Positions 1-13,841 of a stretch of 64,000 bases of DNA are shown here, one piece after another. Numbering within the stretch: position 1 is the first letter of the stretch; each line of letters begins with the position of its first letter. Both the position numbers and the translations under genes were made by a program. The stretch comes from Catajapyx aquilonaris. Lineage: Eukaryota. The stretch lies in NCBI GenBank assembly GCA_000934665.2, contig JYFJ02001593.1:1-64000 (forward strand), written 5' to 3'. Under the pieces are notes generated by a model. It was not told where the DNA came from, made no database searches, and saw only the letters and a program-made list of their open reading frames with translations.

Positions 1-338
1 ATCCGCACCATCCCACTGCATCTTCGGCCCATTGAAGAAGGAACCGAATTCAGAATAGTTATTGAGCAAAAAAATTGAGACGTATTTTTTGGTGGTTTAA
101 ATTTTTTTGCGGCGTTTTGAAGAGGAATTAAGTAAAAGTGTAAATGGTAGGAAATCAAGTCACGACGGTGGGCGTCTGTGTTCAAAATTTGGAAGCTCTA
201 CCTACAGCAGAACTTGAGTTAGGGCGAATAAAAAAAACGCAACAAGAACAAGAAGAACAAGAACAAGTAGGAAAAATTCATTGTTGAAACATTGTTGAAA
301 TCTATGCTACGGTCTTACTTAAGGGCTATCGCCCTTAA
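1..338 (+). mobile_element. Probable Helentron/DINE-1-like non-autonomous element, 3' part (truncated by window edge)
   Basis: Short (caagaa)n microsatellite at about 240-268, duplicated cattgttgaaa, and a perfect terminal hairpin ttaagggc-tatc-gcccttaa at 319-338 followed by an A/T run. This layout is typical of HINE elements; the family call is inference. Confidence 0.45.
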
Positions 339-1080
339 AATAAATTGGCTAACACTTGGTATATGTTGAAATTTGAAACATTTAGATGCTTTTCTGGACA
401 TGTGAATTTCGATAACTTCATACTTTGTCCCAGCCATGATGTCTCATTTTGCAAAATTTATATTTTGTAAAAATGGTGTTGACTCATCATTGCCATCATA
501 ACTAAAATGACCCCTATACATTTCACCGTCACGTTTGATAATGTCCTTCACAATGATGGACTCTGCAGGATCCCAGAGAGTATATGCTCACCTCTCAATA
601 TGATGTATTTATATGATTGTCAGCTGTCTCCAGAAACCAGTTTGAAGAGTCCAAACAATCTCGCCAGATTGTTTCTTCCAAAAGGTTGGTTCTCTTGAAT
701 CTTATTGTTGGGGATAAACAATCCCTTACAATCCCTACTCCACTCTTGAACTGATCTTGGGAAATTATTGCCGGATTATCGCCGGACAATGCTCCTTCTT
801 TGGACGGGTAAACGAGCTCCACACACTTCGACTTTGTTTCACTCTCCCTGCAATGTGTAGACTGGAACTGAATCGCGAAAAGAAACATGTAGTGTTTGAG
901 TACGACGAGGAACCAATTTTTTATTTTATTTTTTGCGGTCGAGTGATCTGGTACATGATCAAAACCAGGTTCAGATGTCACTACCGGAATCGGCTTGCCA
1001 TCAGTCACCTATAGGCACGAGAGGAGGACATGAGTCACTGATCTTCGGGATGATTGTTTGCAAGCATCGCCGTACCTGAT

Positions 1081-1293
1081 TTAACCGTAGTAGTATCCTC
1101 CATAGCCCAGGCCGTATCCCAGGCCATAGCCGTAGCCCAGACCGCCGTAGTAGCCGCCATAGTACAGCTGGGGAGCAGCCAGGGTCATGGTGGCCAGGAT
1201 GGCCAGAACAAGCAGGATCTAACGAGGGCAAGAACATAGTTAAAACCAATGGGTTAAACAGACTAATGCGGATTAACTCACCAAGTACATCAT
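1081..1293 (-). CDS. Small secreted Gly/Tyr-rich peptide 1 (49 aa; cuticle-protein-like or NLP-31/caenacin-like)
   Basis: Exons 1293-1282 (MMYL, gtgagt donor) and 1218-1081 give MMYLILLVLAILATMTLAAPQLYYGGYYGGLGYGYGLGYGLGYGGYYYG*. Hydrophobic signal peptide, TATAAATA at 1394-1401, 3'UTR intron 1009-1075, AATAAA near 920-931. Confidence 0.9.
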
Positions 1294-1393
1294 CTTGATT
1301 ATAGGGTCTCCTTTCCTTCCTTCTTAGTCGCAAGTAGTGTGCTGAATCTGTGCTGTGTTGCGATCTGTGCCTGGTCCGGTGGCAGTGGGCCAC

Positions 1394-1436
1394 TATTTAT
1401 ACGGCCAGGGGCTTGCTTGCTGGTTGTCGCCCTTGG
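1394..1436 (-). promoter_or_regulatory. Core promoter of peptide gene 1: TATA box plus CCAAGGGCG (NR5A/FTZ-F1-like) site
   Basis: TATAAATA on the minus strand at 1394-1401. gtcgcccttgg at 1426-1436 is the exact reverse complement of ccaagggcgac at 3418-3428, upstream of gene 2. Confidence 0.55.
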
Positions 1437-3043
1437 TTCGATGGCCGGGCCCTCACTTCATTCCGCTGTCCTTCGAGAGCATTACACCGCGTATGTCTGC
1501 TGGGCGTTTTGTTTGGATTTTTGTTTCCGCTTTGGCCCCCTTCCCTCCCACGTGCTTTTGGGGACCACACCACTTTCGGTGGCCAGTTCAGCGACTCATT
1601 CAGCGAGGACAACAAGTATACGCACTGTACTGTACTGCCCATCACTGCTTTTTTTTTAAATGGGATATTGCATCAGCTACTGCGAGTTCTAGTTTATGAT
1701 ACGCCGAACACAAGCTGAATTTCAATTAGTTTACAGGACGAATTGCTGTAATTCAATTTCGGCTATATCACGAAGACAATATTTAGCATGTAATTGCAAT
1801 TCGTCCCCACGTGAATTATCAAGAACTTCCTGCTGTCTATGCAGTTATCAAACTTTGGACATAAAAACATGTAGCCCACTATATCATAAAAATAATGCGA
1901 ACATCCAGAATATTGCAACAATGCAATCTCTGAATGGGAATATCGCTGTGTGCCAAGACTTGTGCTAATTCTATTGGCACAAATACTTATAATCTTTTAA
2001 TGAGTCAAACAAATTCGGGTTGACATAATTCATCTCTTCATTTTGGGCAGGTGGAGCATGACGTGTGTACCGTTAGGCGAATGCGGACAGACCCCCGGAA
2101 GGTTTCCGCCCACATTAAAGCCAATAGTCAGCTGCTGCAGCCTTAGTCATGTTCCGAATATTATATTACACGAGCATCATATCTCACACATCCGAACAGT
2201 TTTATTATCCTCCACCTGCAGGACCAGTTTAGGGATGGATTGGTGGGCAGGTTTTGCAAAGTCGCCGTATAATTGAGCGGTCGTAAATCGCGTCATTACA
2301 GCCCCCGGTTACAGTAACGATGCAACTTGTTACCACTCCCAAAGGCACGCTCCTCTTCATTTTTTTATTATTTATTTTTATATAAAAAAGGTGTGTCGTC
2401 ATCAGCAGGTGTTAAAACACCGAAACACTCCGTATACTTTTGAGGTCCATCTCAATATTGAATTATTATTGGAGAATATCACACTGCGCTTATAATTATT
2501 ATATAAGACTGGTTAACATAATAAAATTATGTACAGTATGGTTTGGGTCAAGTTAATTGTAGTTTGAAAAGGTGCCATGTATGTATGGAATAATGCCCGA
2601 TCATTAAATAAAAATTTTCGGTTAAATATCATGCCTGATTGCATGACTGAAAATGATGAGAAAATTTCCGATTATGACTTTGTCCAGTTTACTATCCAAA
2701 ATCATAGATTTTCTATGAATTTGCGTTGTTGGTCTTATGATTTTTGGCAAATCGTGTCACATCTTAATGTTCAAATACACGTTTGAAAGGACAAGGCGCA
2801 ATGTTTCGTACGGTTTCGTTTAACTGCGGATCAGGATTGGATCAAGATAAAACAGTACATGTCAGTACCACACTGAACAGTTTTATTTATATTTTTTTGC
2901 GGTCAGGATGAGTGGTACATAATCAGACCAGGTTCAGATGTCACCAATCGGGAAATGGCTTCTCATCTGGAGACCTGAAAGAACAGAAAACTTGGTTAAG
3001 ACACCCAGGCTCTCATTGCATCAGCAAGAATGCTGTACCTGAT

Positions 3044-3278
3044 TTAACCGTAGTATCCGTAGCCGTAGCCAAGGCCGCTGTAGCCCAGACCTCCGTAGCC
3101 GTAGCCCAGGCCACCGTAGCCGTACCCGCCGTACAGACCACGTCCGTACAGGAACTGGGGAGCGGCCATGGCAGCAGCCAGGAGGGCCAGGACCAGCATG
3201 ATCTGAGAAGCAAACATAATTTAGCATAGTACACCCGAGTCTGCAAAAATGGGCCAACAAACTTACCAGATACATCAT
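3044..3278 (-). CDS. Small secreted Gly/Tyr-rich peptide 2 (56 aa), tandem paralogue of peptide 1
   Basis: Exons 3278-3267 and 3202-3044 give MMYLIMLVLALLAAAMAAPQFLYGRGLYGGYGYGGLGYGYGGLGYSGLGYGYGYYG*. TATA at 3362-3369, 3'UTR intron 2975-3038, AATAAA near 2882-2887. Confidence 0.9.
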
Positions 3279-6200
3279 CTTGGACTGTGATTGACTTGCG
3301 ACGGTTGACAGAAGGTTCGGTTTGTTGTGCTAACTGTGCCTTTTCGATGTCCAACACCTCGTATTTATATGCATCTCTCAAAAAGTCCTTTCTATGTCCT
3401 TTCCCTTGGCTTGTCATCCAAGGGCGACGGCCTCTTTGAACGCAACGTTGACGTAGGTCTTTGCCCCGCCGATTCTAATTCTGGACCCCCCCAAAAATAT
3501 TAAACTAAGCATTGTTACTAATAAGGTTAAGGTGCATAACTATTGAGTGGACGTCCTTGTGGCCGTTGACTTACATTTTGCTTTCATGGTTGAATCAGAA
3601 GTCTTTGTTATCTGCATGGATCTTACACCCCGCCTAAATCCTGACACTCACGGATACGAAAAAAATAAAATGAAGGTGCGATGCATGTCCTCAAGATAGG
3701 ATAGCAAGGTGCAAGTACGCCTTCTGAGAAAGGAGATGACGCAGGTGAAAACCGTGTACCGTAACATGTAATTACCGATTAGACTTTGAGATAATTGTAA
3801 GTATATAGAACAAGGAATCTTGTGTAATTTCTGTGGGTTAATTTTTTTTCCAAACAAAAATGTTCGGTGCGACATTGTTGATTGGACGTCACTTTTTAAT
3901 TGTGTGCGTCACGATTTTAGGGTGGGTTTCTTTATTAGACGAGGATACAACGGTAAAGTTATGATCCATCAAGTGTAAGGTCGGAAAAATACTTGGCAAA
4001 AAAAAAACGCAAAATCGTGAGACGGCGTGTGTCTTACATCAAATCGAGTCCGGCGACATTGAAAGCCAGTTTTTTTTTGTATGTTTCTTAAACATTTGCA
4101 GTCCCTCAAATCCGTTACTAGTGTGTACAAACTGGATCCAATCCAGAGAAAGAGAGAGCTATCTCACTTCCTATAGCCAGATACTATTATTGCCATTTTC
4201 GGGTTCGGATATATACCGCTACATGGCACCCAACTATCGCCGGAATAAAAATAGGTACAATGCCATCAGAAAGGTACCGTACAGAGATAATAACTGACAG
4301 CCTTGATATCGACGCCTTATATGTTATATACTACCGGTAGGCTGTTTGCGAAATAACATAAATCATAGCAACCCTTTAATGCAGAGGGTGAAACTGGCTG
4401 ATTTATGCTGTTATTTTCACGTGCCGTACACATCCTTTAGATTTAAAACATCAGAAACGTGCAGAAGCTGTCATCCGCAAGTTATTTTCGATATGACAGT
4501 ACAAAAACATATGCTCAAATTCGCAAGCAATCAGTTTAAAGCGAAATAATTGCAACAATGTGGCCAAACATCGATCAACAACGATGTTTTTATAGTTGCA
4601 AATTACACGTTTGGTATAGAAATACTAGAAACACCTTATTTTTGTTTTTTTGATAAAAAACAACAGAAGGCACTTATTATTTAAAGGGAAAAAAAGGAAA
4701 GATTGCAAATTGCACCAAGTCGAAGGCCAAATGGGGGTATGAAAATAAGCTGCCAAGAAATATTTTGGCAAGTTACCCAAAAGGGGCGCGGCACTCTGGA
4801 GGAGGAAGAAGAAGGCTGTGTCTATACCAAAGCATACCATTTCTGGAAGCTTTTTTTTAATTAACTTAATTATCACTCACGTCAAGTCGAATTTTATATG
4901 CCCGCCATAATCAGCAGGAGGTCTGACTTCATCGGGAAGTTTTGGCAAAAATTAGAAGAGAAGAAAAAAAACAGTTTTCGAGCGGTCACAAAGGTTGCCT
5001 CGTGGATGTAACCTGTGTTATTGCGACCTTGCCCATGACCCCATTGGCATCATCAAAACGGCGTCATTCCCACAGCATCCTCAAGGACACCATTTTTATC
5101 CGCACTAAAAAAAATCGGGCTTGAAAAAAAAATTTAAAGGAAGGAAAAATCGTACACGCCCTGTTCCGCGTGTCTTCCTCATTTTTTTTTTTGTGTGCGA
5201 CCAATGGTCACGATCACCAGACTCGTGACATATACGCACCTTCAGGCAATGATGTGTAACATATTGCCAATAAACAGATTATGTAAGGTGTAATTCCGGG
5301 TTTCACTGTCACCACCAAAATTATATAGGAGAAAAAAAAACGGTCTGAAAAAATTGGCATTAAATTACTGCCATATTGAATATGAGCAAACATTTTTCTA
5401 GTTTGATTATTTTTTGAATTGATGACAATCGAGGCATTTCACTTTGCTGACCTTTTCCAAGGTGTGTTTATTGTGTACAAAATGATCATTTCTTATGGAG
5501 GGGGGAAAATGTGTGTTGCCCTTTAGCTCTTCGTAGACCTTGGACCGGTTGTAACAGACGAAAAACTGTTTTTCCCTTCCTGTGATCTCCGCCTGCGGTT
5601 TCTTTACCTTTCACATCAGATGACCTTCTCTGGTAAAAAAAAATGGCATGCGCGCTTTTATTTTTGCACGGGGCATATCAGAGGACCCTGATCCAAAAGT
5701 CGCCATTAGCAAGGCCAATCCACTTCCACTTTTCTTCTCTTTTTATCAGGGGGATTAACACACGCCTCGGAATATCTGCTGCATTATGCAAAACTTTAGG
5801 AGGAAGGGTTTTTAAAATATTCTTCTTCCCAGTCTGTTGTATATTTACTGCCCGTAAATATATGCTAGGATCGGCACGATCGAGTTAGATCATCCCACAG
5901 AAAATATTGGCTGAATTGTAAACAAGGCCACGAGGGTACAATGATCACAACACGGAGACCATTAAAAGAGAGGAAAATAGCTCGTTTAGTCATGACAAAC
6001 AAACCGATACTATACGAGTTAGAATTAATATGAGAGTTACAATCGCGTACGCAAAGTGTGTGTACGCCTTTTATTTAAAATGGACTGGACAGGAATTCTC
6101 AAGGATTTGGCCGCACCTGTTGCCGGATTTTTCAATGGAATTCTTAGGTTCAACTCAAGCGGGGCACAAATCACAATTATGGGACAGTTAAATGAATCAT

Positions 6201-6959
6201 CCTCAGCAAATTAGCCGCGTCCGTGGAGTGTCCAGGAAGTCAACAAAAAAATTTCGGCTGCTGAAATGTCAATGTCAGCCGGTTGTCTCTTTTTTTGAGG
6301 GCGAAAAAGTGACCTCGACAAGCGTTCACATTAGACGACAGCCCGTCTTCTCAATTTGTCGGGCAATTTGTCACAAAGCTCTAAAATGGAGTGAAATTTG
6401 GGTATTTAAGAAAAAAAACATCGCACGTCCACAGTCACTATACACAAGAATTTGTACTGATTCAACCCCTTTTTTTGCGCCAATGTCCAAGTGAGAAAAT
6501 CCAGCCAAAGCACAGAAAAACCGGTCAGAGAATAATTCCGCCCTTTATAAATTTTGTGGCGAGAAGGATAAGTGTCCAGGAACAGGATGTTACGAGGTGA
6601 CGAGTGATATACTTTGCCGCAATCCGGGTGACTTTAACGGCTGGATGGAAAGTGATCGTCAGAATTCTTGGGAATTAAAAAGATCCGCATTTTTTTTGGC
6701 CTTTAAAAACAATGTTGGCATTGACTAATTATTTACCCCCCCCCCCCCCCTCCACTTTTGATTAAACCACCCTTTGTTCCCTATCATCTCTTCGCGATCT
6801 CCGAAGGCCAAGAATCAAACCCATTTGCCTCCAGGCTGCTGAGAGCAACGATAAATATAAACCCACTGAAACCTGCANCCCCTTCCCGCAAAAAAAGGAG
6901 GCGTAAAAAATTGATTGGACGAAATACTGGTTAGTGGTTTTTAAATTTAGTCAATTTAA

Positions 6960-7140
6960 ATATATATAAAGCAGAACGTTTGTATGTATGTCACGCCTAC
7001 CTAGCCCACTTCCGTACTGCTGAAACTTGGCACAAGTACTTACGTGCTACTGATTCAGGGAAAAGTCCCCAAAACTGCACTTTTTAAAGTATAAATGCCC
7101 AAAATTTAGGATTTTCTCCTTAGAAATATTGTTCAGTCGA
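6960..7140 (+). mobile_element. Possible Helitron-like remnant (5' part)
   Basis: tatatataaagcagaacgtttgtatgtatgtc...ctgaaacttggcaca resembles the start of arthropod non-autonomous Helitrons. No 3' CTAG/hairpin end identified. Confidence 0.3.
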
Positions 7141-8469
7141 CTATAACTTTGCACTGCCCAACAGTCCAACAAAAGAAAGTAACGAATTGTTGACCCCAGT
7201 TCAACTGTGAATGTGACTTATAATTATTATTGCAAAATGGGCATTTAATTTAATTCCTTCGATGTCCTCTTGAATTGTGGACACATTGTTAGTGTATATC
7301 ATAGGGAAAAAAAATCCTACAGTTGCAGCTGCAAGGTGCAGCTCAACATGCACCAACTTCTCATAGAAACCTGATACTATATTTGCAATCAAATATAAGC
7401 CATCTACCATCATAAGTAAGTCAGATTTTTTTCTTTCTTTCTTTCTTGATCTTTCTTTCTCGTAACACGGCAGGGCGTGCCTTTCGAGCCACGCCAAACT
7501 ATTCAAGGCCTCTTCTGTTGTTGGTGGCGTTCCAATTTGGCGAAATCTGAGCCTCTCTTTGATGGACCTACCCATGGGAGAGGATAGAGACAGAGAGAAG
7601 AAGAAAAAAATGTCGACCCACCCATCAAAATCCATTCAGATGTCGCCCACCTTGCAATGTCCACTGTTATCAATCACGGATTAAGTCCCCGCTGAATAAT
7701 TTGCGTCGGCGAAAACCACCCGCAGAGTAATTGGCAATCATTTGGCGAGACTATAGGGCTGTGCTAGAAGGCAGCTAGGGGTTGGCATTGGCCTTGGAGA
7801 AGGAAGCCGGAAGATATTTCCTGGAGGAACAGGAATGAACCGGGATTGTTTTTTTTTTGCTTGCAAATATATCTGCTCCAGTTTTATTTCCTTGACATTC
7901 TCAGTCGTATATGACATCACTTGTCATCCTATAGAAGGAGTAACCTGGCACGTTTTCATATACATAGGCCACCTGCTGAATCTGGTGGCCATGACTTTTG
8001 CAACAGCAGTAAAACCCGCAGGATTTACAATTAGCGACAAGAAAAAAGCGACATACACGCCTCTTTGGCAGAAATATTGGCGCTAATTTCGCAATTTGCA
8101 CATTAATCGCAGTAAGTAGGCAGTAAATTAAAGGCTGAAAAGGCCATCAGACACTTACAGCTGACAATGTAATAGTCACTGTCGAGAGTCTACGGCAGGC
8201 TTACTTTTGGAGAAATTCAATTGAAATGTACAGAACAATTTTGCGACTTTGTGGTCATTTCCGTAAACCAAGTATTAGCAGAAAGACCGCATAAATGCGC
8301 TGTTTGGCCTTTATAAAGATTGCCGATAAATCATGCGACATTCCAAAAATATGATTATTAATAATTGTGACGACTACAATGACATTGCTAGATGTTAGCT
8401 AAGCGTTCATACATTACAAACTTAGTAGCTACAATTTTTATAGATAGAATGACAGAGCACCCATATTAT

Positions 8470-8700
8470 AGTGTGTGAAGATGATGAGGATGAGGAAAAG
8501 GAGCCACACCCAATTGGGTAACTCTGATGGAATCGCCGGAAGGCACCCAATAATGAAAGAGGAATGCAGGAGGAAAGAAAAGCTCCGAGAAGGAGGATGG
8601 ATGGATATAATCGAGTAAAGGAAAACTGGTTCATAAAACGGCTGGATCGAGATAAGGATCGAGGCCCTTTCAAGCGGCTACCTCCTCAGTCGTGATTGGA
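8470..8700 (+). mobile_element. Possible degenerate RTE-type LINE 3' fragment
   Basis: Purine-rich stretch with a frameshifted ...R-W-M-D-I-I segment resembling the RGRPRRRWxDxI C-terminal motif of RTE-clade ORFs; no intact ORF. A similar weak trace lies on the minus strand at about 9925-10060. Confidence 0.25.
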
Positions 8701-10949
8701 CTGTCTTGCTTCATATACCCACGCCAATTCGCAACAAAAAAAAGTGTGCAAAAATGCGTATATGAAACAGGGAAGTGGCAGCCTTGGCCTTGCTGACCAA
8801 CCAGCAATGTCACGATGTGTCGGCCTGTTGCTCACCTGCTGACTATACCCTTTCTTTTTCTTCTTCCATTTTTTTTTTTTTGTAGTGCAGCCTATCGCTC
8901 CTCCAATTTTTTATATACGATCGCTTCGGTTGCATCGTGAGCAATTAAATCATTGCTCGATATAGGTAATGGACTGGGTTGGGATGCCGCCAATACGGAA
9001 GGAATAATCGCAAGGTTACACAATGCCGAGGTGAGAGAGAGAGAAAAAAAAAGCCGGATTTGAATATTCTATTTTGTGTACAGCTGGAATTAATGCAAGG
9101 TTTTTTTAAAAATGGGGGGCTAATGGCCATTGTTGCAATAATTGTGTTCGCTCGTATTGGACCGGCCACAAGCCTGCAAAAATGCGAGGGACATTGTCCT
9201 CGGCCAATTTTCAGCGTGTAATGAGCAGATCATGCAGCGTATTGTTATGCCTAGTGTCCTTGGCCAGAAAAGCAGGTTGGTGGACCCTATACTGACTGAC
9301 TGTCGGCAGTCTCTTTCAGCTTCCTTCTTCCTTAGCTCCCCCCCTCCAACAAAGCAGAGATCGATTTCAGCGATGGATATAACAATATTAAGGGCGTTAG
9401 CACTTTGCAAGACCTCGCCTCTCTGTACACTTCCTACCCGATTCATTACGCGGCAACCCACACACGCCATGTCGCTGCATTGTCACCGTGATCCTTGGGA
9501 TCATCTCCAACAGGGTCGGGACCTCGGTTCAGAAATCATCTGGCAATAAAAATTCTCAAGAAATAGGCTAATACGGCCCCATGTTCACAGTACAATTGTG
9601 ATGCCTATCACGGGACCTGGCTTTGATGGAAGTTGGCACAGGATTAGAATACTATTTTTTCTCTTCTTCAAAATATCTGGCGATGTTACGTGTCGCTTCG
9701 GGGCAATGGCTGTTGCGTAAACTCTCGGTATACGCAAGTTTTACGAGAGGTGCACCTGCACTAAAAGAAATTATCCGGGGTGTTATCTAACATGTGTAAT
9801 TGTGCAACTCGACAAAAAAAAATGGCGAAGCATCATTCGCAATGAATGTCCACCAGGTTTATTGTTCAGCGAAGTGTTTTTAAAAACACGTTGGAAGCAC
9901 TTGTCGTTATTGCTGTACAATACAAAGGTCTTTCCTCTTCGTTTCTGTCCCCATCTTTGTGTCTTCTATATTGGCTCCTTCCTAATTCAAAATTTCTGCG
10001 GACTTCATTGGTTGGACTGTTGCGTACTTGGCCAGTGCACCACCCTGTAGGGTCATGGCCTGACTATATTGCAGAATATGACCTCGAGTGGACAAACTAT
10101 AGGGTTATCTACCGCTGAATAATTTGTATAGGGGCCTTGGAAATTAGACCGGTTGCCGCCTGGGACCAATTACGTGTACATACCGCAATAAATTGGCAAC
10201 TTACGACTTTTAGCACGCGGGTTTCAGTGGCAGCAGCATTCAGACATTTCAGACTTCCTGCTTCCAAAATTTCCAATACTATTTTGCATCATCATTTACC
10301 AATTGAAATTGTCTCTCCTTTTTTTTGTGTGTGTGGAGATGTGTTCATAATGCTTGATCCGATGATAGAGCATGGCGAATAAAAAGATACGGAGCTGACT
10401 CATCCTTTTTATTGCAATTTTTTTTGCATAAGTACAAATTGCAGCTCTCATTAATAGATTGGACGTTAAACACGTCACATGTTCTGCTCTATGGGTTGAC
10501 GCCAGTTCGTTTTTTTTTAGTTAATGAAAAATTCATAGAGCGGTACAAATCTATGACGCCTGTCCCTCCAAGCATTGCAATCTCCCAAATATATAGGTTA
10601 GTCAGTCACTGGAAATAGTTGGCAACTTCTTCTTTTTTTTACGGTTTTCCATCCGAGTTGAGAGGGTGATCACGTTCGTGTTATGGAGCAATAATTGGCC
10701 GTCTCTTCTTCTTTTCTTTTTTTCCCCCCACCCCCTGCAAAACGGAACAGAAGAGGATGGTTGGGTGGAGACGGGTTATGTCACGAGTAGGCAGCAGTCC
10801 CTGTCCTTGGCCCTGGTCGCCTCGGGGCCGATCCCATCCCAGCTATATAAGTCATCCCCCCGGCCAGGCAAAGGCATCCGTCTCCACAGCAGATATCTGT
10901 TCAGTCTCTCTCTCGTACGTTGCTAGCAACAAACCCAAAACCGCCCAAG

Positions 10950-11159
10950 ATGATGAAGCTGGTAAGTAACCATAATATTTTCTAAAGTTCTTTTTTGGCT
11001 CACCCTGTACGATTTTTATTGTAGCTTATGCTGGTTATGGCCCTCCTGGCTCTCCTGTCCATGGCTGCTGCCAACCCCCAGTACTACGGCTATGCCTACC
11101 CAGCCTACTCCTACGGCTATGCCGCTGTCCACCCCTACGGCTATGCCTACTACGGTTAG
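10950..11159 (+). CDS. Small secreted Tyr/Ala/Gly-rich peptide 3 (48 aa)
   Basis: Exons 10950-10961 (MMKL, gtaagt donor) and 11025-11159 give MMKLLMLVMALLALLSMAAANPQYYGYAYPAYSYGYAAVHPYGYAYYG*. TATATAA at 10844-10850, 3'UTR intron 11170-11242. Confidence 0.9.
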
Positions 11160-13841
11160 ATCTGAAGAGGTCAGTATCTCCCTTCGCATATACAATTGTT
11201 ATCATTGAATAATTGCTCTAATTTGCTGTGCTCCTCATGCAGAAACGATGCTGTCGGAATGAAGACGAATCTCCCTTATTCCTTCAACAAACCATTAGGC
11301 CTAAAGGACTTTGCGGATTTCCAAACCACAAAATGGCATTACTATGATCTGGTCTCCGACTCTACCAATTTTCTTCCACTTCTGTAATATACTGTAAAAG
11401 AAAAACAGCAAAAATACCCACTGGGCAATTAAATTGTTCTTTTTAAATCCAGTGCTTTTCAATCCTGGAGGAGGGGAATCTGTTTGCATTTTCAGGAGAC
11501 GAGGAAAAGGTTCAGCCCCAAGTTTTATTTGTATAGGTATACTGAAGAAGTCTGCTCGAAATCTGAGGTTAAATCGCTCGGCGCAATGAAGAAGCACACT
11601 GCAGGAAACCTCTGGCACTTGACAGCAGCTGTGGTGTCCTCGAATGGCGGCGTCTTCCACAAGTTATATTAATTTTGCAAATACAAAACTGGCACCGTGG
11701 TGATCTTGAAATAAAAACACATTTAAAATTTATTTAACGACCGGTGGCCCTCACATTTACATTTAGCCATCTAGGACTGTTGTTGCAACAATGAAGGCTC
11801 CCATTTCAAAAGGCACCATTTATGTCAGAGAATTATTTATGTCAGAGAATTCACTAAAGCCCATTTGTTCGACTGCTCGTATAATTAAACACAACTTGTA
11901 CAGCTGTAATCTATTTTCCAATGCATATTTGGTCCTAAGATTAATCAGTAAATACCTTGTCGATAATAATCATTTCGCGACTTGATTTTAGGCACAAAAG
12001 CAACGAAAAATCAGCACTAATGAGCATCACACAGTGAGGGCCGGTTGTAAGCAAATGAAGAATTAGCTGTGTGTCATTATTATCGATCAAATAACGCTGC
12101 GTGGCCTAATTAGAAAAGTAAAGTACGGGTTTGGAAAATGAGGCCTTCAAACTTCCGACTCCACTAATTGCCTTATTAACGCAATTAAATAACCGGATAA
12201 TACCAGAGTTCGTGATTTTTTTTGCGGAAGTGACATTTTAATTAGCATGTATTTTTACCTTCAACGGGATTAACAAAATTCAACGGACTCAAACACATCA
12301 GAAATTCGTTCCCCTGACGAAATCCAGAAAAACTATAGGCGCATGATTATCACCCATTACTATATTAATGTGGAGTTCCGTTTGTCAAAAGAAATTCATT
12401 CATAATAATCAAGTCGTCAGTGTGACAAAAACATTGTTACGCGGCTGTAGTGTTTATGACGCGAGCTAATAAGGCCATGCTTTGCAAATAATCACTTGTA
12501 GAACTACTTGTTAATCTTAATGACATTTATCACCCGTCCAGAAATATAACACGGGTTTTTTTTCCTTACTTCTTGTTCAACACTTCTGTGGCCACAAGAT
12601 TGATTGGGACCACAAATAAACCGATATCCCAATAAAAAAACAAACCCAATTATAAAAATAACTGATAGTGAAGTCTATAAGTAAAAGGTCTGTATTACTG
12701 TCATTACAAGAGTTTAATACTCAATATACGGCACAATTACTTTGACGCTTACGAAATAATCGACGAAAATGTGCATGAGCTCATTCCTCCTGCAATTAAC
12801 CTGCTTTGAAAAAATCCTCACACTATTCAATAGCGTTCATTTTTTTATCATTGTATAGTCTAAAGAATAAATTGTTGGTAATTCCTTTTGCAGTAGACCT
12901 CATCAAACGTGCATTACGAAAGCATGACTTTCATCCACGAGAATACCTATGCTTCAGGCGGCTGCAGTATATTAATTAAATAATTAAGTAAAGCACTAAA
13001 ACTCCGCGAGTATAATGTCTGGATGACTATAATCCTATCCTGGATACGACACGCAGCCCCCACAACCGAACCGACACTGTGGCTGCCTTCTAGCCAGGAT
13101 ATGAAACTGGGACCAGGAAAATGAAAATGTCCGCTCGGCTGCGAAGGAGGGCTTAAACTGTGGACCAAAATGGCCAGCTGCTGCATCTAAACAATCCCAA
13201 GCATCGCAAAAAAAATAGCCGCAAAAATTCGCCAACAAATAAAAATATCAGCTGACAGTGATGCCATGAATAGGAGCCTATCAGTCTACAAGGACAACCT
13301 GATGCAGTTGCCAATAATGATAGCAATCGACTATATTATAGACTGGATACTCCTCCGCGTTACAATTATCACCGGAGTAAATGAGGGGGGGCAAAAAATT
13401 ATTACCGCCCAACCCGGAGGTTACATTGTAATGGTAATATCATCTGGGCTTCCCTCAGTTTGCGTAACAGGGTGTGGTCAATCACTGTACACCTGTGTAT
13501 GACCTTGTTGGATTACTCTATACACACGCATTATTATAATTCGCACCCATATTAGAGCATGACTTCCTGCAAGCGGAATGTTCAAGCAACATATTGGGTT
13601 AACCAATTGCTTAATAAATTATGGTTAATCTCGTACAAAAGGATGAGGTGTAAATATAATTATGGTAGCTACGTTGGTGATGTGACAATATTAAAGGGCG
13701 TATCTCCCACCCAGAAAGGTGTGGCCTTGCTGAAACCAGATTATAAAAAGGTCGTCCGGTACCCACCGGCGCATCACTTTCCAAGCTTCCCAGCTGACAA
13801 CTTTGCTCGGTTTCGCACCCTTTCAAATCAATCAATCAATC

